Shown: one piece after another, positions 26,345 through 41,157 of the stretch
Numbering within the stretch: position 1 is the stretch's first letter
How the letters are laid out: every line of letters begins with the position of its first letter
DNA from: Eledone cirrhosa
Lineage: Eukaryota
Reading direction: 5' to 3'
Length of the DNA: 64,000 bases
NCBI GenBank assembly: GCA_964016885.1
Contig: OZ024743.1
Location: forward strand, 168,268,001-168,332,000
The notes under the pieces: model-generated
Told to the model about the DNA's origin: nothing
Seen by the model: the letters and a program-made list of their open reading frames with translations, nothing else
Databases searched by the model: none
Translations under genes and position numbers: made by a program

Positions 26345-28860
26345 GGGTGTGTGCAGTGTAGTTTTTGATGATGTTGTTTCTATTGTATAGATAGTACTTT
26401 TCGTCATATGTTTGCAGTGCCTAATAGTGCTATCTTTTTTATGGTGTGTATATTTGTAAGTCATGGGGGCTTTGTGAGTTTTTTCATCCTTCCTAGAGCA
26501 CCTATTATTACAGGTATTGCTTCTGTTTTCATTTTCCACATTCGAGTTATTTCTCTCTGTAGATTTTTATGTTTGGAGAGTTTCTCTATATTCTTGGAAG
26601 ATATATTGTTGTTTGTGGGGATAAATATATCTATTAGAAGGCATTTTTTCTTTGTGGTCTTTGACTATAATATCAGGTCGGTTGGCTTTGATCTCATTGT
26701 CTGTATCTTTTAGCATATCCCAGAGAATGGTTGCTTTGTCATTCTCTGAAACTTTTTCTGGTGTGTACTATCTTTTTCTGTTGGTATTTCATAATGCTGG
26801 CATAATTTCCAGTGTATGAAGGTTCCTACTCTATTATGTCTGGATTTATTCATTCTTTGCTAGAGCTGGGCATCCAGAGACTAAGTGGTTGATTTTTTTC
26901 TTCCGCATTTCCACATATTCTATAGTTACTTATTGTACTTTGTTTCATTATGTACTTTTGGTAGTTTCTGGTGGATAGACTCTTGTCCTGCACTACAATT
27001 AGAAATCCTTCCGTCTCAGCTTTTAGTCCAGTGCTTCGGAGCCAGTTTTGTGTATTTTCTTTGTCTACTTCCTTCTATTTAGCGTTTTGGGGCCATATAA
27101 GGATTTCTCTTGCCATCGTTTTAACAGGGTATTCTGGATGTCAGTTTTCAATTTAAATTTTGTCTTTCACAATTTCTGTTGTTGTTTTTTCTTTGTTTTC
27201 ATTTTCTTCACAATTAGCTCAGTTTCTGAATTGAATTTTTTGGCTTCATTGAAGACCGAGAACACGTTTTTGTTTTATTCATGTTTCGTGGCTATTTGTA
27301 TTAGCTTTCCTTTGTTTTTTATTAGATATTTTTGTAGTCCTACAGTAGTTATTTTATAAGAGTTTTCTAATTGCATTAGGCCCCTTCCTCCTTGTGTTCT
27401 TTGTAGGTATAATCTTTCTAAGTCTTACTTTGGATGGTGGATTCTATTCAAGCTAATTCTTTTAGTGTTCAGTTCAGTTTTGAGTAGTTTTGAGTATTAC
27501 CCTAATTCTTCTGTATTATTCTTTTCTAATATTTTCTTTCATCTGTGTATGTTGAAGCTTATCAAGTTTGTTGATTCCTAAATATTTGCATGCTGATTTT
27601 CATCTAGTTCTCCACATTCTGTTTCTTTATCTAACATATTATTGCTTTTCACTAGTTTCCCTGTCTTCAGAGTTGCCTTGGCACATTTTCTAATTCAAAT
27701 TTCATACCTATTTATTTCGTGAATCCGTGTACAGTTAAGAGCAGTGTTTGGAGTTGTTATTCATTTGTAGCATCCAAATATAGGAGATGGTTAATTTTCC
27801 CATTGTAGCATTTATACCCTAGCCCAGGTCTGTTTAATGTTTCAGATAGTGGTGTTAATGCTAGGCAGAAAAGCAGTGGTGATAGGGAGTCTCCTTGAAA
27901 TATGCCTCTGTTGATTGGTAAAGGCTCTGTTTTTTTATTGTTTTATCCTTTGTTTGTATCAATACAATTGTTTGTCATTTACTCATGGCATGTTTCATAA
28001 ATGTTGTTATTGTTGCTGATATTTTATTCATGGCAAATGTGTTGAGTATCCATATATGAGGAACACTGCCAAACGCTGTTTGGTAATCAATCCAAGCCAT
28101 GCTGAAGTTTCTTTTTCTTTTTGCAGTTTTCAGTTATGGCTTTATTTATTAATAACTGTCTCTATGGCATCCTTTTTGTTCTTCTGGGAGCAGGTTGTTT
28201 TTTCTATAGGTGTTTGGTTATGTTCTGTGATTGTATTGAAGTTAAGGTTTTGTATGTTGTAGGCAAGCATGTTATGGGTTTGTAATTTTTGGCGTTTGTT
28301 GTGTCATCATGTTTATTGATCAGGGTCGTTTTCCCCTTAGTGAGCCAGTCAGGTGTTTTTTTCTGGTTCTATCATAATTTCCTTAAATTTCTTTGCAAAC
28401 ATATCAAATGTCCTTGTTAAATATTTTAACCAGAAGTTGGGGATTTTGTCTTGTCCTGGTGCGTTCCAGTTGCTTTCCCCTTTCATTGTGATAGACACAC
28501 CATCTGCTGTAATATCCTTCCATGGATGTTCGTCTGCTGTGTTTGCTGTTCTTGTTAGCTTTGTGAATGGTAATTTCTTTTCCTCTTCTGCCCATATTCT
28601 TCTTTTACTTTCAGGGCTACATTAACTTCCATTTTGTTTCTATTAAGTTCCTGGTAGAGTCGTTTTGGGTTGGAGTGCAACAGCTGATTTTGTTGAAAAA
28701 AATGTTGGCGCGTTTCATATCTCCGGTTCTTTGTGCCTTTGACAGTATTTTTGGCTTAAGGCTTTCCTTAGTGTTTGGGATTTCCTTTTCAGTTATGTTA
28801 TATTATTTTAGTGTTTTTTTTCCCTATTCTTCGTTTGTTTTCCTATTTCATTTAAGATTG
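26345..28860 (-). mobile_element. Degenerate R4/Dong-like LINE (RT, zinc knuckle, RLE)
   Basis: Minus-strand hand translation gives RGIFQGDSLSPLLFCLAL, SGCPALA..RHNRVGTFIHWKLC, KANRPDII and IPVIIGALG. Many stops and frameshifts. Confidence 0.8.
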
Positions 28861-28864
28861 AGAG

Positions 28865-31310
28865 ATCAGCACCCACGTACTTGCGGCAAGATTGGCACTC
28901 GACCAATTCTTCAACGCAAAGCATGAAGGCTGCGTTGTCAGAGCTAGAGTGCGTGCTCTAAGACACGAGGGGACGAAAGCTGTTCAATTGGCCCGGGTGG
29001 TGGAGGCGCGACGTGGCAACAAGTTCACAATTCGGTATTTGCCTGATCAAAACGCGCGCATGTTGCTCGAACCCGAGCAGATGTGTGCAGCTTTTCAACA
29101 GCACTTTGCTCGATTGTCCGGGAGCGGCGGCGGCCCGGATCGGAGTATGGACTTTGGTGCATACCTCAATGGACTGCTGCGACTCTCGACGACCGCAGCG
29201 CTGTGCTGCGAAAAGCCGATAACAGCAGGTGAAATACGGCAAGCGATGTCTGACTGCACGAGGGGTAAATCTCCAGGTTTGGATGGCCTGCCCTACGAGC
29301 TTTATGCGTATATGCCAGACTTGTTCGGCGAACTCTTGGCAGATGTCTACTGCAACTGGCAGCAGAACGGGAGCATCCCAGTTTTGGGAGCCGGGGAGCG
29401 GTGGCGCTGCTGAGAAAAGACCCGAACAAGGGGGACGTTATAGACAACTTCAGGCCCATAACTCTGCTAAACGCAGGGTTTAAGATTTTGGCCAAGGTGT
29501 TAGCAAAGAGATTGGCGCTTGTCGTCGAGGATCTGGTGGGAAACGCGTAGATATGCGCCATTCCGGACAGATGCATCCACAACAACCTCCATCTCATGCG
29601 ATACATCATAGAGAGGGTGTTTAAGGAACCTGGCACGGGTGTGAACCTGATCAACTTGGATCAATCTAAAGCATTTGATAGGGTCGACCATCGTACCCGA
29701 TTGCAGTCCTCAAGGCTTCGGGCCCATTTTAGGGGCTGGATCGCTGCGATGCACAACATCTGCTCGATTGTGAGGGTGAATGGTCACCTGTCACAGCCTT
29801 TCAGCATCATGCGCTCGGTCCGCCAGGGTTGCCCCCTCTCGTCCCTCTTGTACGTACTGGCTCTCGAGCCGTTACTGCACAAATTGGAGACGTTGAGGGG
29901 GGTCCCACGCGAACTGGGATACGGGAGATCCGTCTCAGCTTCCGCCGACGACGTCACCGTGGTGGTGTCGAGCACCAAACACGTCCAGATACTCGGCACC
30001 ACTCTCAAGGTCGGTGGGCTTGCAACGCGGCAGCTGGAGAGGCAAATCCATGCCCTGTGACAGCGTCGTGGGGCACTGGACGGTTGGACCGGTTAAATTG
30101 CTAGGGGTCTGGTTCGGTCCGGACCTCCAGATGGAGAACAACTGGAGCCAGGTGACGAGCAGGGTGGCCTCTCTCACCCAGAAATGGGCTGAGAGGAGGC
30201 TGTCTCTGAAAGGTCGGGCAGAGGTAGCGAATGCGTACATAGCGTCCGTCATCTGCTACCGCCTGACCGTCGTACCTTGGCCCCGCCCAAATCTGACCAA
30301 AATGGAACGCCTTCTCTTCCGCTTTTTGTGGAAGGGACGTGCTCCCATGGTGAGACGATCCATTTGCTGTCAACACCCGTTGCGTGGAGGACTACGCATG
30401 CCGTGGCTGGTGATGCGCAAACATGCACTGAGGCTGAGACATCTCTGGTGCTTTTGTGGCGGTGAACAGGTGTGGTCGTCGTTTGCCAGACGCGCTTTTC
30501 CCCAGCTCGTTTCCTTGACGGAGCTGCAGTCCTGGATCAGGAAAAGACCGAGGGATAGCGTTTGGAAGCCGGTATGTCTCCAAGCGCTCACCGCTCTCAA
30601 CCGACTGGGCACTAGTATCGGTGGAACATCCACCTCGGCGTTCTATAAAGGGCTAGTGGAGGGAAAGAGCGACGACGTTCTCGGGGAGACCCTGGGCGTG
30701 GAAGACGATCAGCTGTTCGCTCTTTTCAAGAGAACTTTCAGACCGGGGCCTATGGTCCATATCCTGAAATCCCTGGCCTGGCAGTGCTACCGGGGAGCGT
30801 TGCCGGTTCGGGATAAGCTCTACAGGCACGGAGGTGCTGTCAGCCGAGCTTGTCCGAGATGCGCGCAGGGCGACGAAACCGTCCTGCACGCACGTTCAGT
30901 GCCCGAGGATTGCTGACTTGTGGAGCTATGTCGAACAGCTGCTGTCGCGTGTAGGACAGATCCGGTTATCGACTGAGTTCATCATGCAGATAGCCCCGCC
31001 ATCCTCCTTTAAAGTGGAGGAAGGGCAGGAAGTTTTCATCTGCCTGGTGGCAATGTTGAAAGAGATTGTATGGTGGACAAGGTTAAAAAGGTTGTAGACG
31101 GACACATTCCTCTTCGGCCAATCCCTGATTAACTTTTTCAAGTTTCACTTGAAGAGGAAAATCAGGGTGGAGACGCAACTAAGTTTGTTGAAAGGTGGGT
31201 GAAAGTGGCGAGTCTGGTTCGAGTGAACGGGCCCGCTCTGAGTATGTGACCCTCGGAGGTTTCCCTCATTTTGGGGAATTTTTGTTGTTTGAATTTTTCT
31301 GATTTCTAGC
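28865..31310 (+). mobile_element. Degenerate L1/Tx1-clade LINE (second subfamily)
   Basis: KSPGLDGLPYE, DQSKAFDRVDH, RQGCPLS, ADD and a C-terminal CPRC...ETVLH zinc knuckle. Confidence 0.92.
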
Positions 31311-32029
31311 CCAATTTTGTGTGTGTGTGTGTGTGTGTGTCTGTGTGTGTGTTCACGCGTATATATATGAAAAATAAGTTGGAAATGCAAGTGGAGTCTT
31401 TAAACAGATTTATTTACAATAATTTATAACTTTACCGGTTTCACAAGTTTCATGATTTTCAAAACTTAAGATCGATAAAGAAATGTATGGCTATGCCAAC
31501 TCGCTTCTAAATAATTCAGGGATTTATTTCAGTTTTATGCCAAAAACAAAATGTGGTGGTATATTTGAAGTACAAATTGATAGATTGAGGAAGACCACTT
31601 GATTAGGCATCGACTGCTTTGCAAATTGTGCGCCAAAAATCGGGAGTGTGATGGTACCTTCAGGTTTTTGCAGAAAAGTGACTCAATTAATGTATAATTT
31701 GATAGGCTGAGGGTTATCACAGGACTTAGCACCGAATTTGGTGGCACTTTCGCGTAAAAAAACCGGGAGTGACGCGGTTTAATGAATATGTAGTTCACGC
31801 CTGTTGTATTCAATAGACAATGGCACTGGTATTGTTTTAGTGGTAATTCCCAAAATTCAAAAGTATAGGAATTTTGTTTATGTGTATGTTCGTGTGTATG
31901 TGTGTGTGTGCATGTGTGTATGTGTGTGAGTGTATGTGCGTATGTATGTGTGTATGTATGTGTGTGCATAGCTGTTTTTATTTGTTCTCTGCTTCGCCCG
32001 AATAGCTTTAATAATAACAAAAATAGTAA

Positions 32030-32650
32030 TAATTGTTTCTTGTTTAGGCACAAGGCCAGCAATTTATAGAGATGGGGAAAATCAATTAAAACGCCCCCTA
32101 ATGCATTACTGGTGCTTTATTTTATCGACAATCGTAAGGATTAAAAACAAAGCTAACCTCGGTGGGATTTGAACCGTAAAGGGGTGTAAAACTATGCTGC
32201 AAATCATGGCGTCCAACCCTTAATAATAACCGTTATTATTAGTAGATTGGCAGTATCGGTAGAGGGTCGGACATGCTTTCCAGCATAGTTACGTACCTTT
32301 ACGATCTGAGTTCAAATCCGGCCGAGGTTAACTTTGCCTTTCATCCTTACGGGGTCGATAAAATAAAGTACCAGTAATACATTGGGATAATTGCTGGCCT
32401 TGTGCCTAAAGTAGAAACAGTTATTATTATCATCAACATCACTATCATAATGACAATTATAATAATAATTGTTTCTACTTTTGGCACAAGGCCAGCAATT
32501 ATCCCAGTGCATTACTGGTACTTTATTTTATCAACCCCGTAAGGATGAAAGGCAAAGTTAACCTCGGCGGGATTTGAACTCAGAATAGCAAGGGCCGTAA
32601 CTCTATGCGTCAAAGCATGGCGTCCGACCCTCTACTGATACTGCCAATCC
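32030..32650. mobile_element. Cluster of three family A SINEs (-, +, -)
   Basis: Copies at about 32030-32220 (-), 32245-32425 (+) and 32466-32650 (-). Confidence 0.85.
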
Positions 32651-32891
32651 AATAATGATCCAATCAGCAAATTGAACAAGAATTGTACGTGACTGTATGT
32701 GTGTGTGAGTGTGTGTGTATGTTTTTGTGTGTGTGTGAGAGAGAGAAAGAGAGATAGAGAGAGAGCGAACGAGAGAGAGAGAGAGTGAGAGAATGGGCGT
32801 TGGCTTGTTATGGTTCAGTAAGTACTGCGCACAAATATACTTTCTTTATTTTTGAATAAATATATTCTTTCTTATTTATTCGTATGAGGCT

Positions 32892-32960
<69 letters not shown>

Positions 32961-33084
32961 GCAATACCGATGTATTTCCTTCTCTGTTCAGATCCAGAGG
33001 GTTATGTGATTAAATAATAATAATGGCAACAACAATAGCAATCATAGTGGTGAAAATAATTGAAGATACACCGTATAAATTTAA

Positions 33085-33290
33085 ATCAGGACAAACATAT
33101 AAATCATTTCACCTGTTCAACAAAAAATGTAATATATGCCATTAAATGTAAAGGGTGTAACGAATACTACATAGGGCAAACTAAACAGAATGACAATTCA
33201 CCACCTATAATTGAGAGACCCGACCACAAGACGGGTATCACTTAGTGAGCATTTGATTTCTGTGCAACAAACAAATTTCCCATATATATG
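33085..33290 (+). pseudogene. Penelope-like GIY-YIG endonuclease fragment
   Basis: HFTCSTKNVIYAIKCKGCNEYYIGQT fits the PLE C-x3-NVIY-x-I-x-C-xx-C-x3-YIG-x-T pattern. Confidence 0.85.
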
Positions 33291-34015
33291 GTATTTTAGT
33301 ATTTTTCATTTCATATATATGCCTATGTATATATATGCCTATGTATATGTTTACACACACGCACACATATATGCATGTATACATACATATACACATACAT
33401 TCAATCATATATATATATATATATATATAAATATATGTGTGTGTATGTGTGTGTGTGGAAGGCTTTTGAAAAATTTCTATTTCACCAAAGTTCATCTACT
33501 TGGTATCGGTTTACAGGATATTACTGGAGAAGACACTTTCACAAAGTGTCCATCAGCGAGATGGAATCAACCACCACATGTGTTGGGAAGTGAATCTTTT
33601 TATACTATGTGTGATACGTATTGCCTTCTAGCCCTGCCGTGTTAATTCAAATCTTTTCATCATCATCATCATCATCCTTATCACCTTCATACTAACGAAT
33701 ATTTTATATCCATATTCCGTGCTTACCTGAGATGGATGAGGCTTTCCTAGCACAGCATTCTTCCACATGTTGGCTTCGTTGTCTTTTCTGTGACGCTCAC
33801 CATTTTGAGGTCCTCCACTGTCTTTTTAATTTCGGATACATCTTCACCCTACGATCATCAACGCAATTTTTTTTCTTACACATTGCATCAGATTTCTCTT
33901 GTGCTCTGTCTTTCTCCCATGCTTCATCTTCATGCCGGGTGCATTTCACTCCTGCATTGGCATATCATCTGGATTTTCTGCCAATGCAACATCGCAAGCA
34001 CCATGCAATGTGCCT

Positions 34016-34082
<67 letters not shown>

Positions 34083-34189
34083 TCTCAATCTCTATCTTAA
34101 TCTATATATATGTGTGCATGTATGAATGTTTGTATGTATGTTTGTATGTATGTGCCAGGAATGTTGTTTAGTAAAGATATAGAAACTGT

Positions 34190-34563
34190 TGCCTCAGTCA
34201 AATGTTTTCACATCATCATCATCACCCTCATCAACATCATCACCCTCTACCAATCCTCCTGCTTACCATTATCATTATCACCCTTATCATCATCATCATA
34301 ATCACCAACATCCCCCTCTGCCCTTCTTTTTCTTGCTTACCTTCATCATCAACATCATCATCATCGACGTCGTCAACGACGGTATTTTAGTCACTATCTT
34401 AATCAGCATGATTGCCAACGGTTGTTGGTAGAAATGACAGAGCGATATAGTAAATACCTTATAGCAGCAGCAGCTGAAGAAGAAGAAGAAGAAGAAGAAG
34501 AAGAAGAAGAAGAAGAAGAAGAAGAAGAAGAAGAAGAAGAAGAAGAAGAAGAAGAAGAAGAAG
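34190..34563. repeat. Degenerate (CAT)n and pure (GAA)n microsatellites
   Basis: Directly visible. (GAA)n at 34477-34563. Confidence 0.95.
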
Positions 34564-34666
34564 ACCATCACTTCTCAGTAGTCAGACCAGACATACCTGA
34601 AAATAGCATTCGATCGATTATCTGCATGATGTGTCATTCATCTGTTTCCTCGCCATAGCATACACT

Positions 34667-34779
<113 letters not shown>

Positions 34780-34924
34780 TCATACATATATATATGTGTA
34801 TGTTTGTGTGTATCTATATATATATTCATTTCATTACAGAAATGACTTCTACGGGAGTAGAAATGTTTAATTCGAAAGAAATCATTATATATATATAATC
34901 ATTATATATATTATATATATATAA

Positions 34925-35113
34925 GGGCGGTGAATTGGCAGTATCGGTAGAGGGTTGGACGTCATGCTTTCTAGCATAGTTACGTCCCTTTATGGTCTGA
35001 GTTCAAATCCTGTCGAGGTTAACTTTACCTTTCATCCTTACGGGGTCGATAAAATAAAGTACCAGTAATGCACTGGGTAATTGCTGGCCTTGTGCCTAAA
35101 GTAGAAACAATTA
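34925..35113 (+). mobile_element. SINE family A
   Basis: Full-length match. Confidence 0.9.
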
Positions 35114-35600
35114 TATATATAACCTCACGGCTATTCGGAATTTTATAATAAATTGAAGTGAAAACGAATAGGGGCGTGTGCTCCTTCAACATGACCCTCC
35201 CAAAGTATAATAATATCTGTTTCAACATACGTTTTCAGATAAAAAAATCTCACAAAACAAATTCAAAAACGAATTATTGTTTAGAAAATGTAAAAGAAAC
35301 AAAAACATAAGGACAATTCCCACTTTTCGGCTGTCTGCTGTGGATCGCTGATGTTTCGACGCATTAATGACAGTACATCTCATCACAGTGCGTCAATAAC
35401 TAAGAGGAATAATTATTAGGGAAGAAAGCAATAAAAAAACAAAAAAAAACAGAGACGATAGAGAACAGAAAGACAGAAAAAGAAAATAAACAGAAGAAAA
35501 ACATACCGATAGAGAGGGAAAAACACGAGACAGTAGTACATGTAAGTTGCAGTAACCAATGGGAGAAGTCAGATAGATACATAGCTAGATAGATAGACAA

Positions 35601-38600
35601 CTTTCTTTTTATTTGCCACCAGGGAATCAAAGAGTGGGACAAGTACAATGGGGGGAGTTTTCATAAAAAGGCGACCTCAATAAGGAGGAGGCAATAACAA
35701 AATATAAAAATATAAAATATAAAATATAACAAAAATAAATTGAATAACAAAATCCTCAATAGGGAGGAGGCGCCTTAGACGGTCGCACACACCCCCGAAG
35801 AAGTGTGCAACCCTTCTCCTCAGGAGCACACTCCCTTGATCTTTCATCTTTCTCACCTACAGTCTGATGTAGAGTGAAGGCCCATTCACACGGGCCATTC
35901 TCGCCACGTTCACCCATCTTTCATAAAAACGGCTGGGGTGCAGCACCTCTCTCTCCATCCTGATCCTTCTTCCGAAATGATATCGTTGTTGGCTACAGAG
36001 AAAGGTGTATGACCTCAGTCCTTTCAGACGCGTCCACCATACAACCTCTTTCACCATGGCTATTACGCACAGAAACACCGCCTCTCCTTCATTTTTGAAG
36101 AGGGGAGGCGGCTTGATCGTTACAATAGACTCGGTGGTCAACCGGATCGGTCCCACCCTTGACAGCAGTTGTTCGACATAGCCCCACAGATCGGCAGTGC
36201 CCGAGCAGTGTACCAATGCGTGTGCAACGGTTTCCTCGCGCACACGCATCTGGGACAGATCTTTTTCGAGGGGTCCCTACCCGGGCGCCCGTGTCTGTAG
36301 AGTCTTTCTCGAACGGGCAGAGCCCCTCGGTAGCACTGCCAGGCCAGGGACCTCTGGAAGTTATGCATGGGTCCCGGATGAAGTTATCCATGGGTTGGCC
36401 AGTTCGTATTCCTCCATGCCTAGGGCTTCTCCGAGGGCGTCGTCGCACCTGCTAACCACCAGCCCTCTATATTATGACGAGGTGGATTCTCCACTGACAG
36501 CCGGGTCCGCCTGCCAGAGAGCCGTGAGCGCCTGGGCACACTCGGTGTGCCAGGCACCCAATTTTCTCGGTCTTTGCTTGACCCAGGATTGCAGCTCGGT
36601 GAGTGAGACGAGTCTGGGAAAGGCTCGCCTCAAAACGGGGCCCACAGCGGTTGACCGGTGAGGAATACCTGAAGGTGCCGTAGCCTTAATGCGTGTTTAC
36701 GCATCATCAGCCACGGCATCCCCTGCCCTCCTTTCGAAGGGTATTGACAGCAGATGGATCTCCTCACTATAGGAGCCCGCTTCTTCCAAAGGAATTGGAA
36801 GAGTGCCGCTCCATTTTGGCGAGCGTTTCCCTTGGGCAAGGCACGACGGTCAAGCGGTAGTAGAAGACGGACGCTATATAAGTGTTCGCCACCTCCGCCC
36901 GACCTTTCAGGGACAGTTTGCACTCGGCCCACTTCTGGATCAGTGCAAACACCCTCTTCATTACCTCACCCCAGTTCTTCTCCACCTGGAGGTCTGGTCC
37001 GAACCAGACCCCGAGCAACTTCACCGGGCCCTCCGTCGAGCGTCCGACGACGCCATCGGAGGGCATCGATTTGGCCCTCCACGTGTCGAGTTGCACACCG
37101 ATCGACTTGTCCCGGTTCAGCGTAGCCCCTGTAAACCTTTCGTACTCCTCCAGTAAGGTGCCGATCGCCCCGATTTCTGATGCCGTCGATACCATTACTG
37201 TTACGTCATCGGCGTAGGCCGACACTGCTTTCCGCAATCCCGGTTCCAACGGGATGCCCTGCAACAACTCCAACTTCCGCAGCAGTGGCTCTAGAGTCAT
37301 TACATACAGAAGGGAGGAGAGAGGGCACCCTTGTCGGATGGACCGGGCGATTTCGAACCGCTCCGAGAGGTAGCCGTTCACCTTGACCCTAGAGCAGATG
37401 TGGCTGCTGTGCATGGCAGTGATCCAGCCCCTGAAAACGGGTCCGAAGCCTGCCGCCGCTAGCACCACATCCAGGTAATCATGGTCGACCCTATCGAACG
37501 CCTTAGATTGATCCAAGTTGATCAGGGCCCCACCAAAGCCGGGTTCGTTCCCAACCCTCTCTATGATGTATCGCATGAGGTGGAGATTGTCGTGGATGGA
37601 TCTGGACGGGATAGCACATGTCTGCGCATCTCCCACCAGGTTGCCCACGACAAGCGCCAACCTCTTTGCTAGCACCTTGACCAAAATCTGTAACTCTGTA
37701 TTTAACAGAGTTATGGGCCTGAAATTATTTATATCTTCCCCCTTGTTCTCGTCCTTCTTCACTAGCGTGACTACGCCCTTTGTCACAGCACAGGGAATTC
37801 TCCCGTTCTGTTGCCAGTTGCAGTAGACCGCCTCGAGGAGATCGGGGAACAAGTCCGGCATAGCTAGATATAGTTCGTATGGAAGACCATCGAGACCCGT
37901 GGATTTTCACGTCCTCTATCTCAGCGGCTGAAATCGGCTCCTCGCAGGACTTCGCCTCCTTGTCCGAGAGACGCGGCAGGCTGTCGAGGTATGGACCGAA
38001 GTTCACTTCCCCAACCGGCTCCCCGCCCCTTCCGAATAATCTGGCAAAGTGCTTTTGAAAAGCCTCGCACATCTGCTTAGGTTCAAGGATCACCCGTCCA
38101 TCCTGGTCTCGCAAAGACCGGATAGTGGATCTAATCCTTCTTTTGGCTTCTGTCACGCGGGCCCAGCTAACAGCTTTGGTCCCCTCGTTTCCCAGAGCAC
38201 TTATTTTGCTTCGGACGATGCAGCCTTCGTGTATCGCGTCGAAGAACTGGCTCAGGGCCGTTATCGACGCTAGCACTCTGGCCACGTCGCCACTTCTAAT
38301 TGCCTCTTTTACACTATCTACCAACTCCCTTTCCTTCCTATTTCTATTTGAGGCTAACTCCTTACTAAATTCTATAGAAACTACTCTAATCTCTCTTTTG
38401 AGAGATCCCCACCACCTGCTGTTGACGATGGCGCCCGTCAACCGCTCCTTAACTAAAGTGCTAATCCGGTCCCTGTAAGCTTTACTTGCCGGTAAGGACA
38501 AGTTGAGTTTCGAGTAACCGGGTCCCTGTCTATGCGTTCTGTCAAGGTTGACCATGCAGGTCACTAACTTGTGGTCTGAATAGCCAACCATGATCATTTT

Positions 38601-38621
38601 TGGACAACTTAAAATGTCCTT
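35601..38621 (-). mobile_element. 5'-truncated L1/Tx1-clade LINE (end of APE domain, RT, 3' UTR)
   Basis: YSDHKLV (APE end), NFRPITLLN, DQSKAFDRVDH, RQGCPLS, AYADD and CPRC..EETVAHALVHC. (GATA)n on both flanks. Confidence 0.95.
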
Positions 38622-38985
38622 ATAGATAGATGGATAGATAGAAAGATAGATAGAAAGATATATATATAGATAGTATAGATAGATAGATAGTATGTGCATG
38701 TGTTGTGTGTGCCTGTGCATGTTTGTGTGTTTGCAAACATTCATACAACCTCATAACTCCCCGGACCTTATTTCCCACCGAAGACTCCTTCATATAAACG
38801 TATTTATGACACGTTTGTTTTGAAGTGTTTATTTCACTCATAATTATATCTACGGAAAGTATTGAGTTATAAAAAGATGGAGATGGAAATATTGTGCCTA
38901 TTTACATAGAGATTGATTAAGCCAGTCAAAACTCAGGAGGCAAACCAGCAACCATACCTATACATCAATATTATGGTATGTTAGT

Positions 38986-39169
38986 GGTGGATTGGCAGTA
39001 TCGGTAGAGGGTCGGACGCCATGCTTTGCGGCAAAGAGTTACGGCCCTTGTCATTCTGAGTTCAAATCCCGCCGAGGTTAACTTTGCCTTTCATCCTTAC
39101 GGGGTCGATAAAATAAAGTACCAGTAATACACTGGGATAATTGCTGGCCTTGTGACAAAAGTAGAAACA
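38986..39169 (+). mobile_element. SINE family A with about 19-bp TSD
   Basis: aatattatggtatgttagtg lies on both sides. Confidence 0.92.
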
Positions 39170-39920
39170 AATATTATGGTATGTTAGTGAACCAATAAAC
39201 TTTCTGAAAATTTTCGTTTGATGCCAACATCTAAACAAACATAGCAATCGTTGATTCATTTGAAATGTATCGAAGCAATGCCGCTTTTATTTGATGCATA
39301 TGAATTATGCATTTATATGCATGCTTGCACTTAAAATAACAGAGTCTATTTGTTCTTGTAATCGGGACATAGAGATGGCCCAATGTTTGCCAATGTACAC
39401 GTCATTTTTGTTCTTTCTATTTACGCCAATCTAAATGTCTGTCCGGATCTGTATTTCTGCATGTTCTACTCTTTCCTTCTTCTCCCGCCTTCTTTCTCCT
39501 TCTCTCTCCTCCTCTACCTATTTTATATCAGTTTCTAGCTGCAGTATTTATATTGGGTCTCTACTCCCTGAGTTCAAATCCCGCCGATGTTAACTTTGCC
39601 TTTCTTCCATTCCAGGTCGATAAAAGGTGACAGTCTAGTACTGGAGTCGATTCTTGCTCTATATCTCTTTCTTTATTCCATTCTGTCACTCCCTTTCTGG
39701 AAAAACTCTGCTGTATTCAGACATGAGATGGGCTACACCAACGTTTACAAAATGTCCTTGAAACGCTGTTTCCTTCGTAAGAAATTATCATTCCTGGTGA
39801 TTAGTTACGAATGAAACAGTTCTAGTCGTGTTGAAGTAATTTCTATAATGAAATAAACCTATACTCTACTAACGTATTGAGTACATTTTTTGACTGGTCG
39901 CCTCCCAATTTACATCGGGA

Positions 39921-40043
<123 letters not shown>

Positions 40044-40855
40044 CTCAGGAGGCAAACCAGCAACCATACGTATACATCAATATTATGGTATGTTAGTGGT
40101 GGATTGACAGTATCGCTAGATAGTATGCATAGTAAACCGTGTCACTCTTCTTTCCTGATATATATATATATATTTATATCCTTCTCTATATATTTATATT
40201 TCTTTCAAAGTTCTCTTGCTCCTCTCTCCGTAATCACCTGTTTGTTAGGCCTTTCTAGTTGCCAGTTTAACTCCGTAACTCTCTCTATATCGTTTCACAC
40301 TCACTATCTCATTCTATCTCTACACAAGCAAGATAAGATCTCGAAACCGAGATACAAAACTAAATTCTGCATAACATTTAGTGTTATATCTAGTGCACTG
40401 TGTATATGCAGTCAACCGTCCTTCTATTGAAAATAATTTCTTTTAAAGAAATAAGGACAAAAAGAACAACAATTTATGCAACACAATCAAATGACTTATT
40501 GTTAGATGTGTCAGTTCAATGATTTTCTCTCTCTCTCTCTAGCTTTATCGAGTTTATCGTAAATTGTATGCACCTTGTTTTTCATATTACCCATCTATAT
40601 ATTCCTTTTTGTTAACATTTTTACAATTTATGAATGATTAAATATAACAAAATAAATTTAACAGAAGACATTACATAATCTTACGTAAATATATATGCAC
40701 ACTCACATACATAAAGGGAAGGAGACAGAGAGAAAGAGAATGAGAAAGAGGGAGTCTGAGAGAAAGAGGGGAGAGGGAGAAAGAGAGAGGGAAAGAAACA
40801 AAGACAAACACAAACGGAGGGGCTTGAAAACGTTAGAATTAGACTATACATGAAT

Positions 40856-40887
<32 letters not shown>

Positions 40888-40951
40888 TGGCTTTTTGCTA
40901 CAATGTTTTCTATAACTTTCATTTATATATATATATATATATGTATATATA

Positions 40952-41089
40952 TAACGAAGGAAATCTGGTAAGGAACCAGATGGACCATAAAGCACCAGAG
41001 AACTCAATACTTAGGGTAGTAGAGTGGGTAATAGGAAAAAGTATGACTCCGACGGCAGAGCTCAAGACGTTTCGACGGCTATTTCTGGA

Positions 41090-41092
<3 letters not shown>
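40952..41092 (-). mobile_element. (TA)n-flanked element, non-palindromic relative of 16547-16735
   Basis: Reverse complement matches 16598-16735. Confidence 0.8.

Positions 41093-41157
<65 letters not shown>

Noticed and set aside
31425-31470. Minus-strand TTGAAAA...GAAA ccgg TA hammerhead-like motif
   Set aside because: The core has two mismatches and stem I does not pair, so it is at most a decayed remnant.
34302-34658. Poly-E / poly-F ORFs
   Set aside because: (GAA)n microsatellite.
35335-35400. Minus-strand gacgca...tgcgtc GAAA ca TC hairpin
   Set aside because: No CTGAnGA at the required position.
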